Below, piece after piece: positions 53,150-64,000 of a stretch of DNA of 64,000 nucleotides (the first letter of the stretch is position 1; each line of letters opens with the position of its first letter). The stretch spans positions 11,036,001-11,100,000 of the forward strand of contig NC_081333.1 in assembly GCF_022539665.2 (NCBI RefSeq), given 5' to 3'. The notes beneath the pieces are model-generated. The model was not told where the DNA came from and made no database searches. It worked only from the letters and a program-made list of their open reading frames with translations. The DNA is from Daphnia carinata (taxonomy: Eukaryota). The position numbers and the translations under genes were made by a program.

Positions 53150-53644
53150 ATTACGGCCAAGCCATTTTTTGAGAAACCATGTGGCTGCATGGGGTTACCA
53201 TTTTATTATAGCCTCTCAGTGTTGTAGATCATTGTTCATTTAACATTCCTGTGTACATATGTATTGTCTGTCAATTTAATACACTTATTCCTTGGGCTTG
53301 AATTACAAATGCCGCAATGTTAAATGAAGATTCATTAAATTCTTCTACTAAATTTTCTCCAAAGAACACCTTAGCTTGCCAAAAATGTGACGACTTTTTG
53401 CACTGATCATCTAAAGGATTCCGTTCAGATTAATACAAGAGGTATTGCATATGTCTGCGATTGTAATTTTCGCTGCCAAGTCAGCTTTGAATTTCGCAAT
53501 ATTATCAATAATATTTATACTGTCTAGGAAATTAACTGATCACGTTAACTGGCGTTCCGTGTATTCGAGTCCATTCGTTGTTTTATTTTGAGTTATAAAC
53601 TTGTGGTTTTCACTATATTCTTGATATAGTTAAATGACCTATTT

Positions 53645-55013
53645 ATGGCAATGCGGTTTACCCAAAGAAAAAAATTTCGAGTTAATTCCCTACACAAACT
53701 CACCGAATTTTTCTGCTGCATCGCGCTAGCGCTGTAGCGTACTGGCGTGCTAGCATTCCGTCAAATACTCGGTGTATTTAAAAAACGGTTAACTTAATGA
53801 AAAAAATAGCAGTTTTCCGGAATCAGTATTCAATTTTGAATATATCCTGTGATATTCAACTAATTCCGATGAGTGCCGGTGTTTGCAGAAAAAATTTTTA
53901 AGCCCGAATAAATAAGCCCAAGCGCCAGAACGCGACAGCGCTAACATTGCCTCGAATACTCAGTGTATTTAAAAAACGATTAACTTAAGGAAAAAAATTG
54001 CAATTTTACCCGAATCAGCATTAAATTTTGAGTATAGCCTATGATATTCAATCGATTCCGATGGGTGTCAATTTTTGCAGAAAAAAATTTTTTTATGCCC
54101 GACTAAATAAATAAGCCCGACTTTTCTTATTTTTTCGTTTTTTATGTTTAATTAAAAAACCATAAGGCCTATTGAAAAACTAAATTGCTTTCCATGATGA
54201 GCATTCAATTCTGAATAGAAATCGTGTATTTAAAGCGAAATTTAAAATTTAGCCGAAAATGAAAAACTGCAAAGGCTATAGCCTTGCCACTTTTGTGAAA
54301 ATAGGCCAAAAATAGCATCTCTTGGAATTCCATGAAAATCACACAGTATAATCAATATTTAACGCTGACTCAGAAAAAGCCACTCATTTTCTTGTAAAAT
54401 TAGCCGTTTTTGAATTATACCGAATATTTCTGCTGCATCGCGTTAGCGCTGTGTCCTACTGGCGCGCTAGCATTGCTTCAAATATTCGGTGTATTTCAAA
54501 ACGAGTAACTTAATGAAAAAATAACAATTTTCCCGGAATCAGCATCCAATTTTGAGTATATCCTGTGATATTCAACCAATTCCGATGAGTGTCAATTTTT
54601 GCCGAAAAAAATTTTAAGCCCGACTGGTAAATAAGCCCGACTTTCTGCTGCATCGCCCTAGCGCTGTAACGTACTGGCGCACTAGCATTGCGTCCAATAT
54701 TCGGTGTATTTCAAAAACGATTAAGGTAATAAAAAAAATAGCAATTTTCCCGGAATCAGCATTCAATCTTGAGTATATCTTGTGATGTTCAACCAATTCC
54801 GATGAGTCTCAATTTTTACCGAAAAAATTTTTAATCCCCAATAAATAAGCCCAAGCGCAATTATGCGACAGCGCTAGCGCGATGCAGCAGAAATATTCGG
54901 TGAGTGTATGTAGAGAATTAACGAGAAATATGACCGCTAGATGGTGCTACAAATAGAACAGAAAAAAACTAATTTTTTATTTTCGTGGGTAAAAAGGATT
55001 GCCATATTGCCAT
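53645..55013. mobile_element. Non-autonomous TIR element (ATGGCAAT family), 1369 bp, with four ~210-bp internal repeats
   Basis: Left ATGGCAATGCGGTTTACCC, right GGGTAAAAAGGATTGCCATATTGCCAT; direct flank ACCTATTT at 53637-53644 and 55014-55021; internal units ~53711-53919, ~53935-54120, ~54428-54640, ~54642-54851. Confidence 0.9.
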
Positions 55014-55377
55014 ACCTATTTTTTCCCCCCTATTTACTTCAAGTTTCAACTGAGCCAATACAATCGAGTAACCTCTAGTTGGAGGAATCACATGTTCGCA
55101 ATTCCAGGAAATCTGGTGTCTGAATTGTGTTATTGTAGCCTAATGCCCTATTTGATTTGGAAAAGCAAGACATATGTGGCTTAAGTAACAATCGCGCGGT
55201 AATGGACGTCTATGACACTGTCGACTGCTTCTGTTTGTTCCGTGGTTCGAAAACCTGCCCTTTTGTATGGGTTAAACCACTTGACGTTTTGGCTTTCTTC
55301 TCCTTTAGGGTTTCGTTCTTGATTTTCTGTTGATAGAACCTTAGTTCTTATACAGTGATTAACTATATCTGACTAAT

Positions 55378-57233
55378 ATGATCAACACTAAATATTATAC
55401 ATTTGTGAGGGCTGGAACTCAGCGCGCCCGGTTCCGAAACCGGATGCTTCGCTCAAACCAGTTAATAACTAGCACTCCAAAACTCTTAAGAAAGTTTTTC
55501 TCGTCTAAATCTAGTTCAGTTCTCCATCGTCCCTCAAGCGAAGAACTTGAGGTTTTGGAACGATCGGTAAATATAATTGGAAATTTTCTACAATTCAGTT
55601 ATTTTTGTCATTTAAAAAAATCATTATCCTGACAAACAATATTAACACCAAGAAAAATCTACTAGTCATGGCCACTTCATGCAAGATAAAGGACCAATTT
55701 CATGAATTCTTCCCTGAAATGTTAAGATGTTTCAAGAACTCACCACCACTGCAAGAATTACCGTCAATGCAAGAATGGATCAAAAAGGTTGTTGGGATAT
55801 TTTATAAATCAGTTTTGATAACTTATTTCAATGTCTCATTTAAAAAAAATTTTAGATTGTTGAATACAACCTAAAAGGAGGTAAAATGAACCGTGGCATG
55901 GCTGTTGTGGAAAGCTTCATCATTTTAAAAAATCATCAAATATCAGAAGAAGAGAAGAACACAGCCATAGCACTTGGCTGGGCTGTTGAGATGGTACTTA
56001 TTAGATTTCTTGTTTATATTTGGCCAACACAACTTTTTGAAATGTCTTTCCAATGATTTCAGCTTTATGTTATGTATACTTAATTTTGTTGATTATGCAC
56101 TTTTACTACAATTCTTGAAGTAGTTTTTTTTTAAATAAGTAAACTGAGGGAATAACTGTTGATAGTTTATATTGATAACGAAGAATTTCTTTCTCTGGCC
56201 ATAGTTGCAGGCATTCTTCCTTGTGGCAGATGACATAATGGATAACTCCCTCACAAGAAGAATGAAGCCTTGTTGGTATCACACAAACAATCTTGGTGTT
56301 AAGGCTTTCAATGATGCCATATTGTTAGAAAGCTTGATTTATCAGATAGTCTCATCTTATTGTAAAAATAAGCATTATTACCTTCCAGTGCTTGAACTGT
56401 TCCATGATGTAAGTAGGCCATTTCATTCATCGGTTTGATTCTAGAGGTTTTCTCTTTTCCTTTTTTTTCTGTCGAAAATATCCTATAAAGGTTACCATGA
56501 GGACCTCGCTGGGACAGGCAATGGATTTACACTCTGCACCAAATTCGAATGAAGCCCCTGACCTAGGCAAATTTACAGTGGAAACCTACGATGCCATCGT
56601 GAAATACAAAACAGCATATTATTCGTTCTACCTTCCAGTGGCTATCGCAATGCGTCTGGTGAGAGCTTTGTCCTACGGCTTTTGTAGTTAATTTATATAT
56701 TAACTATTACCTTTTTTTATTTTTCACATTTGGCTCTCTTGCGCCACCTCTGTTTTTAAAGGCGGGAATACAGGATAACGTTCTTTTCAAGCGGGCAGAA
56801 GATATTTTGTTGCCTATGGGGCGTTTTTTTCAAGTTCAAGACGATTACTTAGACTGTTTTGGAGATCCTGAAATAACAGGTAAAATTGGAACAGACATTG
56901 AAGATGGTAAATGTTCCTGGCTAATCGTAACGGCCCTACCAATGTGTGATTCCACTCAGCGACAGCTGGTTGAAGTGAGTACCGAATTATATTTTTGTAC
57001 AGATTTATCATACAGAGTGCTTCACATTCTAGGCCCATTATGGATTGAAAAACACTGAATCTGTGAACCTCGTGAAGTCTTTGTACCAACAGCTCAACAT
57101 CCCTAATCTGTATACTGAATATGAAGAGCGCAGTTACAAGGAGCTAACACAAATGATAGAAGGAATGAAACATCAACTACCGACTTCCATATTCCAAGGG
57201 TTTATGGAGAAGATTTACAAGCGATTGAATTGA
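55378..57233 (+). CDS. FDPS: Farnesyl pyrophosphate synthase
   Basis: [80 protein letters not shown], end KIYKRLN*. Upstream exon 55378-55566 can join in phase to 55653; second ATG at 55668. Confidence 0.95.
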
Positions 57234-57749
57234 AGGAAATTGAGTTAAATCTCGATCAACGTCAATTTCCGACTCGATGACAGTATATCAAGATACCAAC
57301 GTTACAGAATGAAAGCCGGTTAACTCGTTAAACTCTGACAAATCGCTGTAGTCAATAAAGCTAAATTTATTGCTTAGCACGACACAATATACTGGTAGTT
57401 TATCATGAATTCAAACTTTTATTGTGTTATAGAAATAGAGTTGAACTTTAAACTTGATGAAAAAAAAACACTAGATGAGAATCAAACGCCGAAACGTATA
57501 TAATGAGATAGGCGAAGCTTTAGAAATTTAGTGGCACTACAGGAAGACGAATGGAAAATAGTGTACCATCTTTTACGTACGGGTCTAAAAGGGTCCAGTT
57601 CCAATTGATAACCAGTCAGGAAGGAGAAAATCGTTATGGAGATCTTGTATGACTGCTAGAGTCGCGTTATTTCGATTATTAAATAGTTATTCAAAAAGAT
57701 GATCTTATGCGTCCGTGACATGTGAACGTCGAGTCTGCAAATACAAATT

Positions 57750-60006
57750 TCAGTTCGATGTAGGGGTAAACCGCGGAGACCGACGCAGTAACGGAGCAGT
57801 TGCCTTGAGTGGCGAAGGTTTCTTGTGAATGCGAGTATTTTTCGTTTCTATGCCTCGCAACTTCAGCCCAAAGGGTGTATTTGCCCCATGCGTCCCATGG
57901 TTTGGCGTCAATAACGGCGCTTTAATCTAGACAAAAAAACGATATTTTTAGATTACGAGCTTGCAAAGGAGATTCGGGTGAAAACTTTATGATCACCTTG
58001 AGGTCGTAACGATCGTTTCCTTTGCAAGACAGAGGCAGCGCATTTGCTCGCTGACTTTCACGAAGTGGAGAAACTTGTGGAGTCTTAGGAGGCGTCGAGC
58101 GATCTTTAATTACTTGAGGATCCGAAAGTTGTCGCTGGATGTTAGGGCGTTTTCTAGGAGAACGTAAAATCAGTGGGGTTGTCTCCGTTGAACTGCCAAT
58201 GACACCAGGATTTAAGGCAACGCAACGGGCATCAGGAAGAGTGGGAGAGGCTAGCCTATCAAATTTCCGAACATGGGCCGATACCTTGCCTATGTTTTCA
58301 GAGCGTATCTTTTGAACTGAAGGTCTGCCAGTTAGAGGAATTTTTAAATGATCCAAATGCCGGTTGAGAACTTCTCCGCTGGCCCATTGCTGGCAGCCTT
58401 CAGGTGTAACAAGGACAGCAGTGTCTGCCAGTGAGGCTGGAGAACCCAAAGGTAAGCTAGCTGCTGTAATTTCGTTTTGGGTTATTGCCGTAAAATTTTG
58501 TGCTAATTTCAAAACGGAACCGTTGCGAGTTACACATTGTCTCGGAACATTCATCGAATCTCCGATTGCCAAGGTATTGGGATGTGGCACAGTACGTAAC
58601 CTACTGATGCGAGGGGTCTCATTTTCCAAATGCATCTCTGCGCCTTAAAAAAAAAAAAAATAAACAAATAAATAAAAAAACAAAACAAAATACAATAAAA
58701 ATTTAGCGAAATGGAAGATTGCATGCCTTTAATTTATGTTTACTTTTTTTACTGTTTGATTGGCTTATAGACTGGGCTCTCATAGGGGTAGGATCCTTTA
58801 GGCCAGTGCGAATAGTATTAGGTTTGCCACGTCGAAGAGATATTTTTGCTTCTTGAGTGCTCGGATGAATTGGTTCAATCAACCGCTTAGGTGTTATCAT
58901 CTGCTGAACAAGAATACTAGGATTTCGGCGAATAGCTAACATGGACTGACTGCGAGTAAGGCGTCGAGACGAACCAGAAGTGTTCTGCACGTAAAAACCA
59001 TATCAGAAAGTTTGTTCCTTCATGTTAATTCAACTTCATTACCGAGTCAGAAGGATTTGCCCGCGGAGATTCCCTAGATCGGCGTCTGATTGCACCAATT
59101 TTCCGTGCACTGGGCGAACGAATAACTCTTTGTTCTGCACTTTTCCTGATACGTAGACCCCGGCTAAGTTGTCGCGCCAGTTCTTCCGAAGCCGAGCGCT
59201 CTAACAACAACTTGTCGGATTCCTCCAAAGTCTTCTCGTATTGATCCTGTACTTCCAACGCAAGGAAAACCTTCTGCCCTTTAGTACCAAGATCCGGACT
59301 TAAAGACTGCAGTTTCTTCTGTACCACTTCTTTCTTTAAAAACGCATAACATTTTACATTCTGCAACAAAAGAAAAATTAATACTCAAACACATTTTTAC
59401 CTCTAATGAGGTGACGTGAATCTTCAACTCTTCATAATGTTGGTGCATCGCCACGTAGTCTTCCTCCTCGACATGCCTGACCGGTGACGTAGTAAGAATT
59501 TTTTCAGACTCTTTCGTAATGGTTTCAACATCACGTGGTGGTGAGGTAGCAATTGGTTTTTCATCAAGTTCACACTTCTATGTTGAAAGCAAACAAAAAA
59601 AAATCCGATATTTCACCATTTGTTAATGGGCTCTGCTTACAGGTAAATTACCTTTTCTATCACAAGGTGTTTTTTTGAATTTTTTTTCCCCAAACTTAGT
59701 CGTCGTTTCGTCAGTTTAGGAGTTTTCATAACAGGGTGGGCAGGATTGGATTCTTCATTTCTATAACAGATACGGTATAATAAAGATTTTTTTAAAGCAA
59801 CTATGATACCAATACCTTCCGGTTATTTTCTTTCGATGAAAAAACCGCAGAACACCTACTGACGATCTGTTACTTTCCGGATTTACAGTCGGACCAGAAG
59901 GACTAAATATGAACAGAAAATTCTCATTAGGTATACTGGTAAAAAGACATTTACTTCACGTTGATAAATTTATGTATGCATTTGTTTTATTTACGTTTTA
60001 TTCTAA

Positions 60007-60043
<37 letters not shown>

Positions 60044-61785
60044 TTTTTTTTTACAAATAGTCTTAGATTTTCTAAAAATTGAATTATTGCAGTGCAGCAG
60101 GTGACTAGAAGAAAAAAAAAAGTTTCGATCAAATGAAAGTTAGTGAATAAAGTCCAACCTAGGATTTAAGTCGATACGAGGTGACGCGAAGTATGAATGA
60201 TGATTATCCGTCTGAATTACATATCGGTGATTCCCCTGTGGAGTGAGGGGCGTAGTACACAACACCTTTCCATTAGATAGACCTTCTGTTGCAGCTTTTC
60301 TAAGGTTCAAATAAAATAAATTTAAAAAATCAACATACCCAGCCTAGCATATGAACAAGTGGCCAAGTTACTTCTTTTTAATTGTAAATCCTGAATTGAT
60401 ATCGATATCCACTTTCCGTTTGAAAGTCGAACGACTCACTGGACTTGTCGGAGTCACCAAGTCGGTCGCTGATTCTGTTCGGCAATCAGAGAGATGTTCC
60501 ACTGAAGCAGAAATTTCACTTCTAGCTCCAACAATTTTTCGCAAACCTTCAAATACTCCTGAAAATCGTGGAAATTAGAATTAGCTTTGAGAAAAACGAG
60601 AAATTTCACGCTGTAACCGTACGGTTAAATGAACTGCTGCGACGGTGCCGGCTTTTGCTACGGCTATTGCGTCGGCCACGATCTTGATCTACCAGTGAAG
60701 TGGAGGAAATTGATACGAGGCGGCTGGCTATAGAGTGCGGAATCCCACAGAGTTTGTTGCTATTTTCGATAAGCGTCTGAATGAATTGACCTTTATGTTT
60801 AATCAAATTGTTTATGTAAAGGTCACGATAAATTTTACCTGTATGACTTTGGCAGAATTTTGAAGTTTACTGCAATTTTGGCGATCGTTTCTGGACGACG
60901 CGGCTATATGAACCGGCATGAGCGTTGGTGCCATAACTATAGAAATATTGCTAGCGTCCATCAAATTCGTCGATGAGTTGGCAGCTACTGCTTCGAAGAA
61001 CTATTCAGAAAACAGATGACAACCTCTATTTTGCTTATGTAAGAGCATTTCAAACCTGTAACAAGTAACACAAAGTTGCCAGGGCTGGTTGAGGAATTAA
61101 TAAGCAAGTCAAGTGAAGCATCTGAGAAGCTTTTTCTAAGCTCTCCATCTGAACACACCTGCAAACAAGTTGGGTTATGGCTTTGTAAGGAACTTTAAGA
61201 AACCATATTATCATACTTTAATAAAATATCATGGAGCTGGTAAGGAATCAATGGATCTGGAAGCTCTCTTAGGAACTGCTTCAAAATGTTGGCTAAATCT
61301 ATTACATCATGACTTGGTTTGAGCCCTTCTCTTCTTTCCAATTGCCGCTTTATTTCACGCTGCCTGCAAGCAGAACCAGCTTTCCTGAACAAGCCTTCAG
61401 TCTGAACACCTTTTAAAATGGCTTGACAAGATTGTACAACAAATGTTGGGACTTGGACCAGAATATCTCCTTTGGCACATAGCGGAGTAGACCCATCTGG
61501 AATATTTCCTAGTTCAGTTTCAACCATGATAAGAGCTTCTTCACTTTCTAGTAGTTCTAAGGGTTGGCAAAATAGACTTTTTTTCTGTGGATCCTAAGTA
61601 AATAAACAATTATTATTAAGGAAAGTATTTTTCAACCAGATATTGTCAGATGAGAGCAGGATGAATACGTTGTTTCGTGTTGGTTTTCTCCATCTTCCAG
61701 TTTCTTTGATTCCATGTTTTTTCAGCTCCGTCCAAACTAATGAATTGAATGCAATATTGTCGGTAACATTGAAAATATGATGCAT
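57750..61785 (-). CDS. ARHGAP11A: Rho GTPase-activating protein 11-like (N-terminal RhoGAP domain, long Ser/Arg/Pro-rich tail)
   Basis: Exon 1 61785-61669 (..ELKKHGIK..); exon 2 from 61593 (VPTFVVQSC..TEGLFRKAGS..LKQFLRELPDPL); NLMDASNISIVMAPTLM; last exon 57926-57750 ends RRSPRFTPTSN*. Confidence 0.85.
60012..60043. repeat. (TTA)n microsatellite in an ARHGAP11 intron
   Basis: About ten TTA units flanked by T runs. Confidence 0.9.
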
Positions 61786-61932
61786 GATGGATCACTTGCT
61801 TCCAATGTTATAACCGACACGTCTTTGTGTTTTAACACATAAATGAATAAAACGGTTTCTGCAGCCCGGGAATAGCACTGTTCTAACTATGTACTCTAGC
61901 TTTTAACGTGCTTCACTTTAATCCAACAAAGT

Positions 61933-61944
61933 TTCAAAACGCGC
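61933..61944 (-). promoter_or_regulatory. CDE/CHR-like cell-cycle element upstream of ARHGAP11
   Basis: Minus strand GCGCGTTTTGAA ~150 nt upstream of the ATG, in the divergent ARHGAP11/BAF intergenic region. Confidence 0.4.
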
Positions 61945-62749
61945 AATTGTCAGCGAATCAAAATTCAACTAGGGTGCGTTAACCACGCCCACATCTTGAT
62001 GCCAGATTTTCCTATAGCAATCAGCAGTGCGCAGAATTTTGTTAAATTAAATGGATTTATACGGAATTATTTAATCTTCTTGCTACTTAAATACAGAGAG
62101 ATAAAATTTATGGAAAATTTTAGATCAAATTCAATCAAGCTTATCTACTTAACGCAGTGAAACTAATGAATAATATTTGGCACTAGTGCATCATCGTTTT
62201 CCAAAAAAAGTATTTGAACAGTCTGCAGATAAAGTAAGCGTTGATAACGTCACAGGCTATCGGGGTACTAAAGGTTATAATCGTTTTATTCATTGGTCAC
62301 TTCGTCAATTTAATCAAGGTATTTATGATCGAAGTTATAGCCTCGCTTTATATACCGCGAGGATTAAGTTTCTACATTCTACCACAACTGGGAAGAAATC
62401 TTCAGATTCAATCAAATCCATCTTCAGTTTGCATTTGTTCGTATCTGCCTATGACAGCGTAACGGTTTTACGGTTTCTGAAACTCAATCAATTTCGAAAT
62501 TTTACTTTGAACTGTCATTTCAGAATAAGTTTCGTAATATATATTCGAACAACAATTTTGTAGCCTGATTTTAGATACTAGTTAATACATAGTTGGCCAT
62601 GTCAGTTGTGGGATAGGTTTCGTGAGGCTATAGCTGTTGCATCAGATGATCTTAGAATGTTAGTTTCCAATTGCAGAATGCCATACACTTTGCAAAAAAA
62701 TATAATTTTTTTTTTAGATAATGTTAGAATTTAACTTTTCATTTACAGA

Positions 62750-63106
62750 ATGTCATCCACCTCCCAGAAACATCGCAACTTTGTTGCTGAACCCATGGGA
62801 GATAAGGCTGTCACAGATCTTGCTGGAATTGGAGGAGTACTTGGAGATAGGCTGGAAAAGAAAGGCTTTGATAAAGTATAAAGGCTGTCTATGCATATAC
62901 CATATCATATATATATTTGCACTTTCAGAAATGTTAATTTGTTTCATTTTTCATTGCAGGCATATGTAGTGCTGGGGCAGTTTTTAGTCCTCAAGAAGAA
63001 TAAGGAGCTTTTTGTTGATTGGCTGAAAGACACAGCTGGTGCCAATGCTAAACAAGCAGGAGATTGCCATCAGTGTTTATCTGACTGGTGTGATGAGTTT
63101 TTGTAA
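62750..63106 (+). CDS. BANF1: Barrier-to-autointegration factor (90 aa, 2 coding exons)
   Basis: Exons 62750-62875 and 62960-63106: [56 protein letters not shown]. Confidence 0.97.
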
Positions 63107-64000
63107 CTTTTATTACTTCAATTGGGTATTTATCTGTCCCCAGACTCCTTCCCAAACTCACCATCCATCGTACATATTTCCAGCATACTATGCTTCGATC
63201 TTTTAATAACATGCTCCGCCGCTGCCTTGATGTAATGGGCTCTCCATCGTATGTCTTTTAAATTACGCATGTGTGTATGTCCATTTAAAATCTACATACA
63301 AGTTATACTTCTGGAATTAATGACTTAACCGAACGATAAAAAAAAAATATAATTAGTTCAATGTGTATTTTTTTCCGATCATACAATGTTTGAAATTGAG
63401 TTTTTGTGGGAATAGGGGAGGTGGGGTAATAAGGATTTTTCACGTACACTAAATCGGGGCCCTAATAATAGATTTTTGTTGTTCGAATCATAGATTACAT
63501 CAAGAACTTGGTTGCAGCAACAAGAAGAGCAAACCTACCCAATTAATATCGCCGCCATTTATCCACTTTTTTTTTTCACTTGACTACTTTCTTCCATTCC
63601 ATTATTCTCTTCACTCACGCTTCCACAACGAAGACAATTTGACGCAGCCAAAAAAAGAGGGGAAAACCACACGTCTTGTTTCACTCACACTTGTTCAAGT
63701 AATTTTCCTAGTCTCGTAATAAGAACTACAGTAAAGGATGGGAGGGTCAAATTAAAAGAACGCACGGCATGCAACAAAGACGTTTGTTACGTGGGTGGAA
63801 ACCTGTGTAAAATGTTATCAGAAAGCCGGGATATAATTTCCCTATTTGATTTTTACAAGTATGCACGAGAACCCAGGATCAATCATATTAGAAAAGAGAA
63901 ATAATGAACAAGATTTCAAATACCACAATGAGGCAAGCCGGAGGAGGGGAGCTAAAAATATTAACGGGACAAATGTTTTCTCTCACTGATAATTTGCTTC

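Noticed and set aside
62561..62700. H/ACA snoRNA in the BAF 5' intron
   Set aside because: Only short stems (TAGCCT/AGGCTA); no clear H box or correctly placed ACA.

Overview
Eukaryotic, intron-rich, AT-rich invertebrate DNA. The short 60-90 nt introns, compact genes and protein styles suggest a branchiopod crustacean such as Daphnia (inference). Ten intact spliced genes were reconstructed by hand: SSUH2-like (+), G-alpha-i (-), NPC2/ML-domain (-), Exo70 (+), a large coiled-coil/Q-rich MYND-finger protein (-), Rab19/43 (+), RNASEK (+), FPPS (+), ARHGAP11-like (-) and BAF (+). The most unusual part is 27.2-35.2 kb. A tandem duplication of the Exo70 locus has decayed into a pseudogene, and its promoter copy carries four stacked DNA-transposon insertions. 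The largest is a ~5.0 kb mirror-image (foldback) element. Each arm holds a terminal inverted repeat, a CTCF-like motif, a decayed spliced gene of unknown family, a conserved cluster of abutting hairpins and an outward-facing tRNA-like Pol III cassette; a third tRNA-like unit sits in the centre. A relative of the same TIR family lies at 53.6-55.0 kb. 43.4-49.9 kb is a very AT-rich, apparently decayed coding relic with a repeated peptide module.
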